DNA of 64,000 bases. Origin: an uncultured Acidobacteriota bacterium (GTDB lineage Bacteria; Acidobacteriota; Vicinamibacteria; Vicinamibacterales; Fen-181). A program made the position numbers and the translations under genes. The notes below the pieces were generated by a model that was not told where the DNA came from, did no database searches, and saw only the letters and a list, made by a program, of their open reading frames with translations. The first letter of the stretch is position 1; the number at the start of each line of letters is the position of its first letter. Where the stretch lies: the NCBI GenBank assembly GCA_963727765.1, contig CAVSGZ010000013.1, positions 559,956 through 623,955 of the forward strand. Reading direction: 5' to 3'. This document shows positions 31,922 through 42,455 of this stretch, piece after piece.

Positions 31922-32734
31922 TTACACGGTCGGCGATGGACCCGGCGTGGAATTTCTGCGCGCATGGCGCGCGAGGAACTCCCGGGCCAGCGCCAGGTAC
32001 GCTTCTGCGCCGCGTGATTTCACGTCGTACAACACCACCGGAATCCCGTGGCTTGGCGCCTCTCCTAGCCTGATGTTGCGCGGGATCACGGTGTCGAACG
32101 TCTTCTCTTTGAAGAACTGTCGCACGTCGCGTGCCACCTGCTGCCCCAGGTTCGTCCGCTCGTCGTACATCGTCAGCAGCACGCCTTCGATGTCGAGCGA
32201 GGGATTGAGCGCCGCGCGGACACGGCGCATTGTCGCGACGAGGTCGGCGAGCCCCTCGAGCGCGAAGTACTCGCAGTGCAGGGGGATCAGGACCGAGTCG
32301 GCGGCGACCAGCGCGTTGAGCGTCAGCAGGCCGAGCGACGGCGGACAGTCGATGAAGAGGTAGTCGAACCGCTCGGCCAGCGGCCGGACGAGGCGGCGCA
32401 GGCGCTGCTCGCGCGCCAGCAAGCCGACCATTTCGATCTCGGCGCCGGTCAGGTCGTGGTCGGCCGGAATGACCGACAGGCCCCCGATCGTCGTCGGCCG
32501 GATCATCGGCGCAAGGTCCATGTCGAAGTCTGCGGCGGTGAGGGCCGTATAGATCGACTGGTCGCGGGAGACCTGGTCGCGCATGCCGACGCCGCTCGTC
32601 AGGTTGGCCTGGGGGTCGACATCGATGAGCAACACCCGACGTTCGGCCAGGGCGAGCGACGCGGCAAGATTGATCGCCGTCGTGGTCTTGCCGACCCCGC
32701 CCTTCTGGTTGGCTACGGCAATTATCCTGCCCAT
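31922..32734 (-). CDS. parA: Chromosome partitioning ATPase ParA/Soj
   Basis: NQKGGVGKTTT, DVDPQAN, IDCPPSLG, EAPSHG. Confidence 0.96.
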   Translation of the reverse strand: MGRIIAVANQKGGVGKTTTAINLAASLALAERRVLLIDVDPQANLTSGVGMRDQVSRDQSIYTALTAADFDMDLAPMIRPTTIGGLSVIPADHDLTGAEIEMVGLLAREQRLRRLVRPLAERFDYLFIDCPPSLGLLTLNALVAADSVLIPLHCEYFALEGLADLVATMRRVRAALNPSLDIEGVLLTMYDERTNLGQQVARDVRQFFKEKTFDTVIPRNIRLGEAPSHGIPVVLYDVKSRGAEAYLALAREFLARHARRNSTPGPSPTV

Positions 32735-32899
32735 TTTCAACAACTTACAGCGTTTTACCGCGGGGCACATCGTGCGTGAAGACGATGTCGCGGTGCCGGG
32801 TCGTGCCGACGCCTGATGGGCGCCGGAGACTGGTCATTATTTCAGGCCGCGGCCGATATTGCGAGGGAATTCTGCTGGGACCACCAAGGCGGCGGAGAT

Positions 32900-32915
32900 T
32901 GTTCCACGTGGAACC
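32900..32915. promoter_or_regulatory. parS site 1
   Basis: TGTTCCACGTGGAACC matches the TGTTNCACGTGAAACA consensus. Confidence 0.9.
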
Positions 32916-32935
32916 CCGGCGGTGACTCCCGCGAC

Positions 32936-32951
32936 TGTTCCACGTGAAACA
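32936..32951. promoter_or_regulatory. parS site 2
   Basis: TGTTCCACGTGAAACA. Confidence 0.95.
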
Positions 32952-33632
32952 TCAGCTATTGCACGGCGCTGTCGCGGCCGCTGCTTCCCTCTTCCTCAGC
33001 ACGAGCAGCCGGCTTTGCAGCGATTCGACGAGGCCGTAGGTTGCCTGCGGCACAAGCAGCGGCGTCAGCGTCGCCGGCAGGTCGGCCGCAGAGGGTCCGC
33101 GAAACAGCAGGAACTCCCCTCCCGGCTTGAGGAACGCCTGCAGGCCGAGCAGGATCTTCGGCTCCACCCTGACGGCGCGCAGCGTGGCCGCGTCGAAGGC
33201 CTCATGGAATTCCGGGCGGCTCAACAGCATCTCGTAGCGCGCCGTTTCCACTAGAAGGTCGACGCCCAGCTGTCGCCCGGCCTCGCGCAGGAACGCGCAC
33301 TTGCGCGTCTTTGCTTCGACGAGCGTGAACGCCACCTCAGGCCTTGCGAGCTTCATGGGGATGGCCGGAGAGCCGCCGCCTGAACCGATATCGATCGCCG
33401 TGGCTACGCCGGCCTCCAAGTGCCTGATTGCCGCAAGCGGCTCGATCAGCAGGCGGTCCACCGCCTTGTCGGCGTCGCGCGAAAGGTCCAATGCTGTCAG
33501 GTTGATCTTCGCGTTCCACGCGGCAAGCAGACGGAAGTAGGTCTCGAGCCTTTCGAGAAGTTCGTCGGACACTTGCACGTCGGCCTTTCTGGCCCGTCGG
33601 CGCACGCGTTCGGAGAACTCCTTGCTGGTCAT
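32952..33632 (-). CDS. rsmG: 16S rRNA m7G527 methyltransferase (GidB)
   Basis: WNAKINLTA, DIGSGGGSPAIP, LVEAKTRKCAFL; position between mnmG and parA. Confidence 0.92.
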   Translation of the reverse strand: MTSKEFSERVRRRARKADVQVSDELLERLETYFRLLAAWNAKINLTALDLSRDADKAVDRLLIEPLAAIRHLEAGVATAIDIGSGGGSPAIPMKLARPEVAFTLVEAKTRKCAFLREAGRQLGVDLLVETARYEMLLSRPEFHEAFDAATLRAVRVEPKILLGLQAFLKPGGEFLLFRGPSAADLPATLTPLLVPQATYGLVESLQSRLLVLRKREAAAATAPCNS

Positions 33633-33701
33633 GATTCTCCCGCAATCCTTACACACTATCGGCCCGATAATCCGACGACTTTCATGCGGTTCTCGATTTC
33701 G

Positions 33702-35588
33702 CTAGGCCTCGTCCGTCTCCGGGGCGCCTCGGCGTCTGCGCCACTGCTCGACATGAAAGCCGATGACCGCGACGGCTGCCGGCGTGACACCTGGTATACG
33801 GCTCGCCTGGCCAAGCGTCTCCGGCCTGACGAGCGACAGTCGCTCGACCGCTTCGCGCGTCAACCCCGGCAGCCCGCTGTAATCGAAGCCGTCAGGGATG
33901 ACCCGGTGTTCTTCCCTCTTCGTGCGGGCCACGGCCGCCCGTTCTCGCTCGATGTAACCGGCATACTTTACGTCGGCTTCGATCGCCGCGCGGTCGGTGT
34001 CCTCGTAGCCAGGCTCCGTCTCGAATTCCACCTGCCCGGACGTCAGAAGGTCGGCCAGCCGGACTTCGGGCTGGCAGAGGAGTTGCTCGGCCGGCACCCG
34101 CGCGCCTGTCATGGTCGAGCGAACCAGCGCGCCAGCCAGTCGGGCGCGGTTCCGCTCGAACCGCCCCTGCCGCGCCTCGAATCTCCGCCACTGTTCGTCG
34201 CCCACCAGTCCCGCACGGCGTCCCCTTGGTGTCAGCCGCAGGTCGGCGTTGTCGGTCCGAAGCAGCAGGCGCCGCTCGGCTCGAGACGTAAACATCCGGT
34301 ACGGTTCGACGCAGCCGTGCGTCACCAAGTCATCCACCATCACGCCAATATAGGCCTCGTTGCGATCGAGCAACAGCGGCGGCTCCCCTTTCACCGCCAC
34401 GGCCGCGTTGAGGCCGGCCAACAACCCCTGGCCTGCCGCTTCTTCATACCCGCTGGTCCCGTTGATCTGCCCGGCGAGGAACAGGCCTCTCACCCGCTTG
34501 GTCTCGAGCGTGGCCCTGAGTTCGGTTGGCTGGATGACGTCGTACTCGACCGCATACGCCGGCCTCAGCATCTCGGCGTTCTCGAGCCCGGGCAGCGCGT
34601 GCACGATCGCGAGCTGCACGTCCGCCGGCAGGCTCATCGACAGGCCATTGACGTAGATCTCGTCAACGTCAATGCCCTCCGGCTCGAGCACCAGATGGTG
34701 GCGCTCCCTCTCCGGGAACTTCACGACCTTGTCCTCGATCGACGGACAGTAACGCGGCCCGATGCCGGTAATCTGGCCGTTGTAAAGAGGCGACCTGGCG
34801 AGGTTCAGGCGCACGAGCCCGTGGACGGTCGCGTTGGTGTGCAGTTGGTAACAGGCCACCTGCCGCCGTGCGATGCGCCCACTCGAAAACGAGAACGGGA
34901 CAATTGGGTGGTCGCCTTCCTGGGGTTCGAAGTGCCCGGCCGCGACTCCCCTGTCGAAATCAATCGATCGGCGATCGAGCCGTGGCGGCGTGCCCGTCTT
35001 GAGGCGCCCCCACCTGAAGCCCTGGGCCTTCAGGGCCTCGCTGAGACCCCGCGTCGATGGCTCCCCGAGCCTGCCGGCCGGCCATTGTTCGGGGCCGACG
35101 TGGATCACGCCGTTCATGAATGTCCCGGCCGCGATCACGAGCGCCCGGCAGCCGACTTCCCTGCCGTCCTCGAGCCGAAGCCCGACGACGGCGCTGCCTC
35201 GGAAAATCGGCGCAGCGGCTGCGCCCTCGATCCATTCGATCCCCGGCTCCCCCTCGAGCGTCGTGCGCATCCAATCCCGATAGGCCCTCTTGTCCGCCTG
35301 CGCCCGCGGTGACCAGACCGCCGCACCGCGGCTCCGGTTCAGCACGCGGAACTGGATGCCCGTCGCGTCGATCGCGCGGCCCATCAGGCCGCCCAACGCG
35401 TCGATCTCGCGCACGAGGTGGCCTTTTGCCGTCCCTCCAATCGCCGGGTTGCACGACATCAGCGCCACTGTCTCGCGCGACAGCGTACAGAGGCCGACCC
35501 TGAGCCCGAGCCGCGCGCCGGCCCATGCCGCTTCGCAGCCGGCATGCCCCCCACCTACGACGAGGACGTCGAATGGGCCGGTCATCAC
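33702..35588 (-). CDS. mnmG: tRNA uridine-5-carboxymethylaminomethyl modification enzyme (GidA)
   Basis: [50 protein letters not shown]. Confidence 0.97.
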   Translation of the reverse strand: MMTGPFDVLVVGGGHAGCEAAWAGARLGLRVGLCTLSRETVALMSCNPAIGGTAKGHLVREIDALGGLMGRAIDATGIQFRVLNRSRGAAVWSPRAQADKRAYRDWMRTTLEGEPGIEWIEGAAAAPIFRGSAVVGLRLEDGREVGCRALVIAAGTFMNGVIHVGPEQWPAGRLGEPSTRGLSEALKAQGFRWGRLKTGTPPRLDRRSIDFDRGVAAGHFEPQEGDHPIVPFSFSSGRIARRQVACYQLHTNATVHGLVRLNLARSPLYNGQITGIGPRYCPSIEDKVVKFPERERHHLVLEPEGIDVDEIYVNGLSMSLPADVQLAIVHALPGLENAEMLRPAYAVEYDVIQPTELRATLETKRVRGLFLAGQINGTSGYEEAAGQGLLAGLNAAVAVKGEPPLLLDRNEAYIGVMVDDLVTHGCVEPYRMFTSRAERRLLLRTDNADLRLTPRGRRAGLVGDEQWRRFEARQGRFERNRARLAGALVRSTMTGARVPAEQLLCQPEVRLADLLTSGQVEFETEPGYEDTDRAAIEADVKYAGYIERERAAVARTKREEHRVIPDGFDYSGLPGLTREAVERLSLVRPETLGQASRIPGVTPAAVAVIGFHVEQWRRRRGAPETDEA

Positions 35589-35622
35589 CGCGGCCGGATA
35601 TCTGAAACCAAGTTCAAGAAGG

Positions 35623-37059
35623 TCATTTCCCGATGCAGAACCGCGAGAAGATGGCGGTCAGCAGATCGTCGGTCGTCCGTCGTCCTGTGATTTCCTGCAA
35701 CAACTCAGCTGCCAGCCTGACGTCAGACAAAACAATTTCTTCTGGCGTTTGACCCCCGCCGGCGACCAGCGCAGTTTCTGCTCCTCGCAACAATTCTGCC
35801 GACTGACCTAATAATCCAATGTGCCGTATATTGCTAATATAAACAGGCTCATTTGCGTTACAAAGACCAGCCACTTTGTCAATTGACCAAATCAGCCGGT
35901 CTATGCCTCGCCCTGTTGTTGCAGAAATGGACAGAACGTCCGCCTCGTCGTTTACCAGGCCATCGCTCGAGAGATCTCGCGCCGCCCACGCGCCCGGCAG
36001 GTCTCTCTTGTTGGCGACAACGATTCGAGCGGCCGTGTCAGTGGCCCTCAGCAGCCGCCGGTCGTCCTCGGTCAGCGGCATCGAGGCGTCGAGCACCACG
36101 AGGACAACGTCCGCCGCGGCGCTCGCTTTCTCGGCGCGGGCCACGCCTTCGCGCTCGACGGGATCTGACGTCAACCGGACGCCTGCCGTGTCGACCAGCG
36201 TCACCCGCGTCGCCCCCAGCACCACCGCCTCGGTCAGCAGGTCTCTGGTCGTACCGGGCACCGGAGTGACGATCGCGCGGTCGACGCCAGCGAGCTGGTT
36301 GAACAGCGTCGACTTCCCCACGTTCGGCCGCCCGGCGATCGCCACCACGATCCCCTCGCGCACGAGCCGCCCGCGGCGTGCGTCGCCAAGCAGTGTGTCG
36401 ATCCGCGCTCGCGCCGCGCGAATCCCCTCGCACGCGTCTCCCGGCGAGATGAAGTGATAGCCCTCCTCCCCGAAATCCGCCGAGGCCTCGAGCCCCGTCA
36501 TCAGCTCGAACAGCGCCCGCTCGATTCCGCCGATCCGTTCCGCCAGCGCCCCTTGCAACTGATCGAACGCCACCTTCGCTTGCAGCGGCGTCGTCGACTC
36601 CACAAGATCCCGCACCGCCTCGGCCTGCGTGAGATCGAGGCGCCCGTTGAGGAAGGCGCGCAGCGTGAACTCGCCGGGGCCCGCCAGCCGCGCGCCGGCC
36701 CCGACGCAGGCGGCGATCGCCTCACCGACGATCACCGGGCTTGCGTGCAGGCTGAACTCCACGACGTCCTCACCCGTGTACGAGGCTGGCGCGGCAAACC
36801 AGGTGACGACCGCCTCGTCGACCACTGCCGCCGGCCGTTCGGCGGGCCGCCCGGTGGCGCCGGCGGCGCCAGCGGCCGGATCGTCGGCGACCATCGTGAG
36901 GTGCACGAGCGTGGCGTGCCGGGGTTGAAGCGTAGTGGGGAAGTCGATGAGCCGGGCCGCGATCTCGCGGCTGCGAGGCCCGCTCAGTCGCACGACGGAG
37001 AGGCCTCCGCGGCCGGGCGGGGTCGCGAGGGCGACGATGGTGTCGTCGGGGGAGAACAT
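35623..37059 (-). CDS. mnmE: tRNA modification GTPase (TrmE)
   Basis: [44 protein letters not shown]. Confidence 0.96.
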   Translation of the reverse strand: MFSPDDTIVALATPPGRGGLSVVRLSGPRSREIAARLIDFPTTLQPRHATLVHLTMVADDPAAGAAGATGRPAERPAAVVDEAVVTWFAAPASYTGEDVVEFSLHASPVIVGEAIAACVGAGARLAGPGEFTLRAFLNGRLDLTQAEAVRDLVESTTPLQAKVAFDQLQGALAERIGGIERALFELMTGLEASADFGEEGYHFISPGDACEGIRAARARIDTLLGDARRGRLVREGIVVAIAGRPNVGKSTLFNQLAGVDRAIVTPVPGTTRDLLTEAVVLGATRVTLVDTAGVRLTSDPVEREGVARAEKASAAADVVLVVLDASMPLTEDDRRLLRATDTAARIVVANKRDLPGAWAARDLSSDGLVNDEADVLSISATTGRGIDRLIWSIDKVAGLCNANEPVYISNIRHIGLLGQSAELLRGAETALVAGGGQTPEEIVLSDVRLAAELLQEITGRRTTDDLLTAIFSRFCIGK

Positions 37060-37096
37060 CGCCTGCCGTGCGCGGCGGGGCCAGCCCCGCCCGCGC

Positions 37097-37564
37097 CTAC
37101 TTGCGTTCCCTCTTGGCCGTGATGAGCACGGTCTTCACGGCGGCGTCGCCGATGCTCTCGGTGTCGGCGAGTCCCTGTTCGGCCACCGCCATGTGGACGA
37201 TGCGCCGCTCGTAGGCGTTGAGCGGGCCGAGCTTCTGCTCGAGGCCGGTGCGCTTGGCCTTCTCGCCGAGGAAGAGCGCCATCTGGCGCAGCTCGGCGTC
37301 CTTGTCGCGGCGAAAATCCATGCAGTCGACAACGACGCGCTGGTGGTCGGGCAGCTCGTCTCGGAAGATCACGGAGGTGATGTGCTGCAGCGCTTGCAGG
37401 CCGTCGGCTTTGTGCCGGAGCAGCAGCTCGCCGTCGTCGCCGGTCAGGTTCACCCGCGGCCCGTCGGGCGTGTCCTCGACCGCCGCCTCGAGCGACAGGC
37501 CCATGGCCGTCGTCACGCTCTTCACGAAGTCCAGCAGCCGCGCGTTCAGGTCGAGATCATCCAC
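37097..37564 (-). CDS. Jag/KhpB (KH + R3H) RNA-binding protein, short form
   Basis: LQALQHI KH-like region; PLNAYERRIVH R3H motif; TESIG; position after yidC. Confidence 0.88.
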   Translation of the reverse strand: MDDLDLNARLLDFVKSVTTAMGLSLEAAVEDTPDGPRVNLTGDDGELLLRHKADGLQALQHITSVIFRDELPDHQRVVVDCMDFRRDKDAELRQMALFLGEKAKRTGLEQKLGPLNAYERRIVHMAVAEQGLADTESIGDAAVKTVLITAKRERK

Positions 37565-37592
37565 GTCGGTTCTCCCTCTTTGTGCTTCGCAG

Positions 37593-37677
37593 CAGGATTC
37601 AGGAGTCGGGAATCAGGAGTGAGTGGGGCGCACTCAATCCCGAGTCCTGAATCCCGATTCCTGAATCCTGACTTCTG
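37593..37677. repeat. Inverted heptamer arrays forming a long hairpin
   Basis: caggatt caggagt cgggaat caggagt - gagtg gggcg cactc - aatcccg agtcctg aatcccg attcctg aatcctg acttctg. Confidence 0.85.
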
Positions 37678-37692
37678 CGGCCCGCGAATCGC

Positions 37693-39453
37693 TCACGCGG
37701 GCTTCGTCTTCAGTCTCCGCTCGGCCGGCGGCCGCGGCGTGTTCGGCGGCCCCACCACCTTGTTGGTGATGTACTGCTGGCCGATCGCGAGCAGGTTGCT
37801 GAAGAACCAGTACACCGTCAGGCCGCTCGGCATCCACAGGAACATGAAGGTGAAGACGAGCGGCATCATCATCATCATCTTCTGCTGCGCCGGGTCGCCG
37901 CCGGTCGGCGTCATCTTCTGCTGCCACAGCTGGCTGGCGCCCATCAGGATCGGCGTCACGTAGTACGGGTCGTGCGCCGAGAGGTCCTTGATCCACCAGA
38001 TGAACGGCTCGCCGCGAAGCTCGATCGCGGCGGAGAGCAGCGAGTAGAACGCGAACAGCACGGGCAGCGTGAGCAGCATCGGGACGCAGCCGCTCGCCGG
38101 GTTCACGCCCTTTTCCTTGTACAGGCTCATCATCTCCGAGTTCATCTTCTGCCGCTCGGGGTCGGTCGCCTTCAGATTCTTGTAGCGATCCTGGATAGCT
38201 TTCACCTGCGGCTGGATCTCCTGCATCTTCCGCATCGAGACCATGCTCTTGTGCCGCAGCGGGAACATCACCGCGTTGATCAGGAAGGTGAGGAGGATGA
38301 TCGCCCAGCCGTAGTTGCCGACGTAGGAGTGGATCCAGACGAGCGCCCGCAGCAGCGGAACCGCGAGGAAATCGAAGATCCCGAAGTTGATCACGCGCAC
38401 CAGCTGCAGGTCCGGCCTCGCCGCCTGGAGCACGTCGAAGTCCTTGGGCCCGAAGAAGAACGCCAGGTCGTCCATCGACCGCGCCTGGCGGACGCCGAAC
38501 GCCACCAGGTCGGCCAGCTTCGGCGCCGGTGTCTTCTGCGGATCCGCGCCGGCCGGCTCCGGCTCCGTGAACACCGCGCGCGCGTAGTCCACGCGCACCG
38601 TGCGCCTGGGCAGCGCCATCGCGATGAAGTACTGGTCGTCGACACCGGCGGCGGAGAAGTCGCCCTCCTGGACCGGTTCCTTCGAGAGCGCGATCGCCGC
38701 GATCCGCTGCACCTTGCTGCCGCGGACGATGATGGCCTCGGGCTTCTGGATGTAGCGGTTGCTCTCGGCGCCGGGAACCTGGTCGCCGAGGCCGGCGCCC
38801 CACAGCACCGTCGGATTCATCGTGCGGCCGCCGACCTGCACGTCCGCCGCGACCCGGACGATGTAGCCGCCCGGCTCGAAGGTGAAGACCTTGCGCGCCT
38901 TCAGGCCGAATCCGTCCTCGAACTCGAACACGATCGTCTGCCCGACGCGCGTCGCGTCCACGCTGCCGGCCGCGGCCGCACCGGTCACCCGGTAGAGCGC
39001 GTCCTTCAGACGGGCGGTCGCGTTCGCATCGTCGACCATCAGATCGAACGGGCGGGTCCGGCCAGGCTCGAGATAGCCCGGCACCAGTTCCTGCGGCTGC
39101 TTCTGCAGGTCGCGGAACGCCTTCAGCTTCCAGCTCTTGAGCTTGGCGCCGCGAGTGGTGAACACGGCCCTGATGGTCCGCGTCTCGACGACGATGTCGC
39201 GCTCCAACGCGTCGGCCACAACCGCCTGCGTGGGCGCCGCGGAAGCCGCCGCGGCGGCCGACACTATCGCCGCCGTCTGGGCCGCCCCGGTCGATCCGGT
39301 CCCCGTGTTCGCCACAGGGGCGCCCGGGCTGGCCGTGGCTGCCGCCGGCGTCTCGCGCTTCGCCTTGTCGGCCGCCGGCTTCAGGACGAAGAGCTGGTAG
39401 GCGTAGAGCACCAGGAAGGAGAGGAAGATCGCGACGAGAAGACGTTTTTCCAT
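37693..39453 (-). CDS. yidC: Membrane protein insertase
   Basis: MEKRLLVAIFLS, FFGPK, GNYGWAIILLT, NPASGCVPML, WIKDLS, PSGLTVYW. Confidence 0.96.
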   Translation of the reverse strand: MEKRLLVAIFLSFLVLYAYQLFVLKPAADKAKRETPAAATASPGAPVANTGTGSTGAAQTAAIVSAAAAASAAPTQAVVADALERDIVVETRTIRAVFTTRGAKLKSWKLKAFRDLQKQPQELVPGYLEPGRTRPFDLMVDDANATARLKDALYRVTGAAAAGSVDATRVGQTIVFEFEDGFGLKARKVFTFEPGGYIVRVAADVQVGGRTMNPTVLWGAGLGDQVPGAESNRYIQKPEAIIVRGSKVQRIAAIALSKEPVQEGDFSAAGVDDQYFIAMALPRRTVRVDYARAVFTEPEPAGADPQKTPAPKLADLVAFGVRQARSMDDLAFFFGPKDFDVLQAARPDLQLVRVINFGIFDFLAVPLLRALVWIHSYVGNYGWAIILLTFLINAVMFPLRHKSMVSMRKMQEIQPQVKAIQDRYKNLKATDPERQKMNSEMMSLYKEKGVNPASGCVPMLLTLPVLFAFYSLLSAAIELRGEPFIWWIKDLSAHDPYYVTPILMGASQLWQQKMTPTGGDPAQQKMMMMMPLVFTFMFLWMPSGLTVYWFFSNLLAIGQQYITNKVVGPPNTPRPPAERRLKTKPA

Positions 39454-39458
39454 GAAAG

Positions 39459-39854
39459 CTAGCGAAGGCGTCCGCCCGGGCAGCCGGGCGACGGCGAAAG
39501 GGAAGTCCGCTGTTCCGGAACCGGGTCGAAGCCGCTCGATCCAAACGGGTGGCACCTCGCCAGGCGCCTCAGTCCCAGCCATCCGCCCGACACGACGCCG
39601 TGGCGGCGCACCGCCTCAGCCATGTACTGCGAACAGGACGGCGCGTAGCGGCACGAGCCGCCGACAAGCGGCGACAGGGTCACCTGGTAGCCGCGGACGG
39701 CGGCCAGCAGCGCGCGCGCCGCCCACGACGGCCGCTCCTGCGTCTGCGGCCCGTTCGACCCGGGGCCGGGCTCCTCATCGCCCGGCCGGCCTGGCCTGCC
39801 CGGCCCGGCGCAATGCGTAACGGAATTCGGCGTCAAGCGTGTGGTTGTCGGCAT
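39459..39854 (-). CDS. yidD: Membrane protein insertion efficiency factor (true start uncertain, probably near 39780)
   Basis: YQVTLSP...[10 protein letters not shown]...[18 protein letters not shown]. Confidence 0.85.
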   Translation of the reverse strand: MPTTTRLTPNSVTHCAGPGRPGRPGDEEPGPGSNGPQTQERPSWAARALLAAVRGYQVTLSPLVGGSCRYAPSCSQYMAEAVRRHGVVSGGWLGLRRLARCHPFGSSGFDPVPEQRTSLSPSPGCPGGRLR

Positions 39855-40146
39855 TGAGCATGTCCGGCCGAGGGATCACCACGATATCGAGCCCCTGGGG
39901 GAGGTCGTTCTGCCTGAACAGCTCGCGCACGAGGCGCTTGGCCCGGTTTCGGACGACCGCGCCGCCCAGCTTCTTGGTGGCGGCGATCCCGAGACGGCTG
40001 CCGCCCGAGGCGTTGCGGAGGGCGATGACGGTCATCAGCCGCGCGCGGATCCGCACCCCTTGTTCGTAGACCCGCAGGAACTCGGGGCGACGCCGTATCC
40101 GCGCCGAGGCGGGGAAGGCGTGCGGCCTGGTCGAACCGTGCTCCAC
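39775..40146 (-). CDS. rnpA: Ribonuclease P protein component
   Basis: [37 protein letters not shown]. Confidence 0.93.
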   Translation of the reverse strand: MEHGSTRPHAFPASARIRRRPEFLRVYEQGVRIRARLMTVIALRNASGGSRLGIAATKKLGGAVVRNRAKRLVRELFRQNDLPQGLDIVVIPRPDMLNADNHTLDAEFRYALRRAGQARPAGR

Positions 40147-40167
40147 GGGAATGCCCGCTGGCGGCGG

Positions 40168-40308
40168 CTACACCGAAACGGTGAGGCGCTTGCGGCCCTT
40201 GGCGCGGCGCCGCTTCAGCACGAGCCGGCCGCCCTTGCTGGCCATCCGAACGAGGAACCCGTGTGTCTTCTTCCGACGACGATTATTGGGCTGAAACGTG
40301 CGCTTCAT
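40168..40308 (-). CDS. rpmH: 50S ribosomal protein L34 (not in the ORF track)
   Basis: [46 protein letters not shown]. Confidence 0.97.
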   Translation of the reverse strand: MKRTFQPNNRRRKKTHGFLVRMASKGGRLVLKRRRAKGRKRLTVSV

Positions 40309-40366
40309 GGTCAGTTCCTGTCCGCCGAAACTCGGCCGTCACTTGTCACGAGATGCCGAACTTTTA

Positions 40367-40396
40367 ATTGTACCGGAGCGCTTTGCCCACTGTCAA
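40367..40396 (-). promoter_or_regulatory. sigma70 promoter for the rpmH operon
   Basis: Minus strand TTGACA-18 bp-TACAAT. Confidence 0.8.
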
Positions 40397-40558
40397 ACCG
40401 CGGCGCGGGGAGGCCGCACGAGTTCACCTCGCAAATCTAGCGTGCGCCCCACCCGAAAGCTCGCCCCCCGGGCGGCTGATTCTGTGGTACATTGGCGAGC
40501 CTTCCTCCCTCTCGCTCGGGCCGGAGGACGCGCACCAGCGGCCGGCTCATCAGGGCAG

Positions 40559-40590
40559 TTTTCCACATCTGTGGAAAAATCTGTGGAAAA
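40559..40590. promoter_or_regulatory. DnaA-box cluster upstream of dnaA
   Basis: TTTTCCACA (40559), TGTGGAAAA (40570), TGTGGAAAA (40582). Confidence 0.85.
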
Positions 40591-40795
40591 CGGCCCTGCC
40601 AAAGCCCGCGCCCCGCAAAAGGGCTCGATTTTGCGCGATTCCCGGCGGGCGAAGGCGGCCCGGAGCCATGCCGGAAGGGCCGTTGGCGCGGTCCGGGGGC
40701 TGTGGAAGGGCCCCGTTTCGGCGCCTCGCGTGGCGAAAGTCGGGCGGGGCCGCCGGAAATCAGGTCGTTTCGGCGGACCGGACGGGCGGGACATC

Positions 40796-42133
40796 ATGGA
40801 CGAGACGAACATCTGGGAGCGCGTGCTCGATCGGGTTGCCACCAAGGTGAACCAGCACACGTTCTACTCGTGGTTCAAGGGCACGAGCCTCGAGCGGGAC
40901 GAAGGCGCCGCCATCGTGGTGCGCGTGGCGAACCCGATGGTGAAGAACTGGCTGCAGCGCAACTACGCCGCGGTCCTCGACGAGGCCGTTCGCGAGGCCG
41001 AGCGGCCCGGCTGCCGCCTCGTGTTCGTCACCGCGGCCAGCGACGCGCCGGCCGCCGGCGGGGCGGCCCCCGCCGAAGCCCCGGAGCCGGAGGCGGAGCT
41101 CGCGCCAGTGACGTCGCTCGGCGGGCTCAATCCCAGGTACGCCTTCGAGACGTTCGTCGTTGGTCCGTCGAATCAGTTTGCCGAGGCGGCCTGCCGCGCC
41201 GTGGCCGAGGCGCCGTCGCGCTCGTACAACCCGCTGTTCATTTACGGCGGCGTGGGCCTGGGCAAGACGCACCTGATGCACGCGATCGGGCACTACGTGC
41301 TCCGGCACCACCCGAACATGCGCCTGACCTACATCTCGACCGAGCGCTTCAAGAACGAGATGATGAACGCCGTCAAGAACAACCGCGTCTACGAATTCCG
41401 CGAGCGCTACCGCACGGTTGACGTCCTGCTGGTCGACGACATCCAGTTCCTGGCCGGCATGGAGGGGACGCAGACGGAGTTCTTCCACACCTTCAACTCG
41501 CTGTTCGACGCGCAGAAGCAGCTCGTCATCAGCAGCGACCGCACGCCGCGCGAGATTCCCTCGCTCGAGGAGCGGCTGCGCTCGCGCTTCGAGTGGGGCC
41601 TCATCGCCGACATCCAGCCGCCCGACCTCGAGACGAAAGTCGCCATCCTCAAGAAGAAGGCCGAGGCCGAGGCGATCCCGCTGCCCGACAACGTCGCGCT
41701 CTACATCGCGGGCAAGATCAAGTCGAACATCCGCGAGCTCGAGGGCTCGCTCGTGCGGCTGATCGCATACGCATCGCTGAAGGGGCACGACATCACGCTC
41801 GCGCTCGCGCAGGACGTGCTCAAGCACGTGCTCGACCACGACGAGAAGGCCGTAACGATCGAGGTGATCCAGAAGTACATCGCCGACTACTACCACCTCC
41901 GGCCCGGCGACCTGAAGGCGCGCAACAACTCGAAGTCGGTCGCGCGGCCGCGCCAGGTGGCGATGTACTTGTGCAAGATGCTCACCAACGCCTCGCTGCC
42001 CGAGATCGGCCGCAGCTTTGGCGGCAAGCACCACTCGACGGTGATCCACTCGATCAAGATGGTCGAGAAGCTGAAGGACTCGAACTCGGATTTCAACACC
42101 CTTCTCAACAGTTTTGTCGAGTCGTTGAGGTAG
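40796..42133 (+). CDS. dnaA: Chromosomal replication initiator protein
   Basis: LNPRYAFETFVVGPSN, YNPLFIYGGVGLGKTHL, DDIQF, RSRFEWGL, RQVAMYL, HSTVIHS. Confidence 0.98.
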   Translation: MDETNIWERVLDRVATKVNQHTFYSWFKGTSLERDEGAAIVVRVANPMVKNWLQRNYAAVLDEAVREAERPGCRLVFVTAASDAPAAGGAAPAEAPEPEAELAPVTSLGGLNPRYAFETFVVGPSNQFAEAACRAVAEAPSRSYNPLFIYGGVGLGKTHLMHAIGHYVLRHHPNMRLTYISTERFKNEMMNAVKNNRVYEFRERYRTVDVLLVDDIQFLAGMEGTQTEFFHTFNSLFDAQKQLVISSDRTPREIPSLEERLRSRFEWGLIADIQPPDLETKVAILKKKAEAEAIPLPDNVALYIAGKIKSNIRELEGSLVRLIAYASLKGHDITLALAQDVLKHVLDHDEKAVTIEVIQKYIADYYHLRPGDLKARNNSKSVARPRQVAMYLCKMLTNASLPEIGRSFGGKHHSTVIHSIKMVEKLKDSNSDFNTLLNSFVESLR

Positions 42134-42455
42134 CGTTGGAGTCCGCGCGGGGCAGCGGAATCGCGCGGGGCGGGGCGAGCGCTGGCGGGGTTTTCCACAG
42201 CCTGCGGCTTCAATCGACGATCGGGGTTGTGGATAACCGGGGCCCTCGCGCGGGCCTCCCGGGCGGGGCCCGTGGGCGCACAGAGCTTCCACAGCGCAAG
42301 TGGTTCAAAAAAAAGGACTAATCTCGGTTGTTCGTCATTTCCACACGATATCTTTTCCTATATAATTAGTTGTTTCAGATCTTGAGATCTTCAAGACTAA
42401 TTGGCGACAGTCACCGGAGCGATCACCAACTCTCTCTCGCGAGGTCAGAGGCGCC
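42134..42455. other. Probable oriC (dnaA-dnaN intergenic)
   Basis: DnaA boxes TTTTCCACA 42191, TGTGGATAA 42228, GCTTCCACA 42285, ATTTCCACA 42337, followed by an AT-rich tract of about 42348-42402. Confidence 0.88.

Noticed and set aside
40138-40155. Additional parS site at the rnpA start
   Set aside because: TGCTCCACGGGAATGC has too many mismatches to the consensus.
42307-42314. Phase-variable poly(A) tract
   Set aside because: It is an A8 run inside the AT-rich origin region, not in a coding sequence or an evident promoter spacer.
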